Shown piece by piece: positions 63,886-64,000 of a DNA stretch of 64,000 bases. The notes beneath the pieces were generated by a model. It saw only the letters and a program-made list of their open reading frames with translations. It had not been told where the DNA came from and did not search any database. Position 1 is the stretch's first letter; each line of letters starts with the position of its first letter. Both the position numbers and the translations under genes were made by a program. Source of the DNA: Polymyxa betae A26-41 (taxonomy: Eukaryota; Protista; Endomyxa: Phytomyxea); NCBI GenBank assembly GCA_003693705.1, contig RBZT01000954.1:191-64190 (forward strand). The letters are read 5' to 3'.

Positions 63886-63941
63886 ACTCGCAGAAATAGT
63901 TGCGCGTACGAGTACTCGTACGCGCAACTATTTCTGCGAGT
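63886..63941. repeat. Perfect 56-bp palindrome
   Basis: ACTCGCAGAAATAGTTGCGCGTACGAGT is immediately followed by its exact reverse complement. GCGTACGAGTACTCG is also directly repeated at 63876 and 63904. Confidence 0.97.
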
Positions 63942-64000
63942 CTTGCAGCCAATTGTATGTGAGTCGTGTAAGTTGGGGTGGTATTCCCAGCGCAATCATT

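Overview
This is compact, intron-rich eukaryotic nuclear DNA with mostly ~50-60 nt GT-AG introns and no prokaryotic operons or CRISPR arrays. Short introns, TTAGGG/TTTAGGG-like motifs, paired 7TM-RGS genes and secreted orphan proteins suggest a protist, possibly a plasmodiophorid; this is inference only. The window has three zones. (1) About 2.5-23.5 kb is a dense housekeeping block: RBBP4/MSI1-like WD40, MAP2K, INTS14, PCF11, ALG13, a URC1-URC4 fusion, RFC5, transaldolase and DDX10/DBP4. (2) About 23.5-38.5 kb holds divergent genes: two inverted 7TM-RGS paralogs, a secreted protein with an F-box-like motif, a TTLL glutamylase, a GT25-like glycosyltransferase, a kinesin with all three nucleotide motifs degenerate, and a Reeler-domain protein. 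(3) About 38.6-64 kb is a transposon and pseudogene graveyard: copia and gypsy fragments, a solo LTR with target-site duplication, a nad7 NUMT, a decayed ~6 kb gene ending in a deaminase-like domain, a frameshifted secreted HDxxH protein, a frameshifted retropepsin-like gene and a perfect 56-bp palindrome. The best leads are the URC1-URC4 fusion, the pseudo-kinesin, the F-box-like secreted protein and the deaminase-tipped giant gene. All family assignments come from motif recognition by eye; no searches were run, and exon boundaries are approximate.
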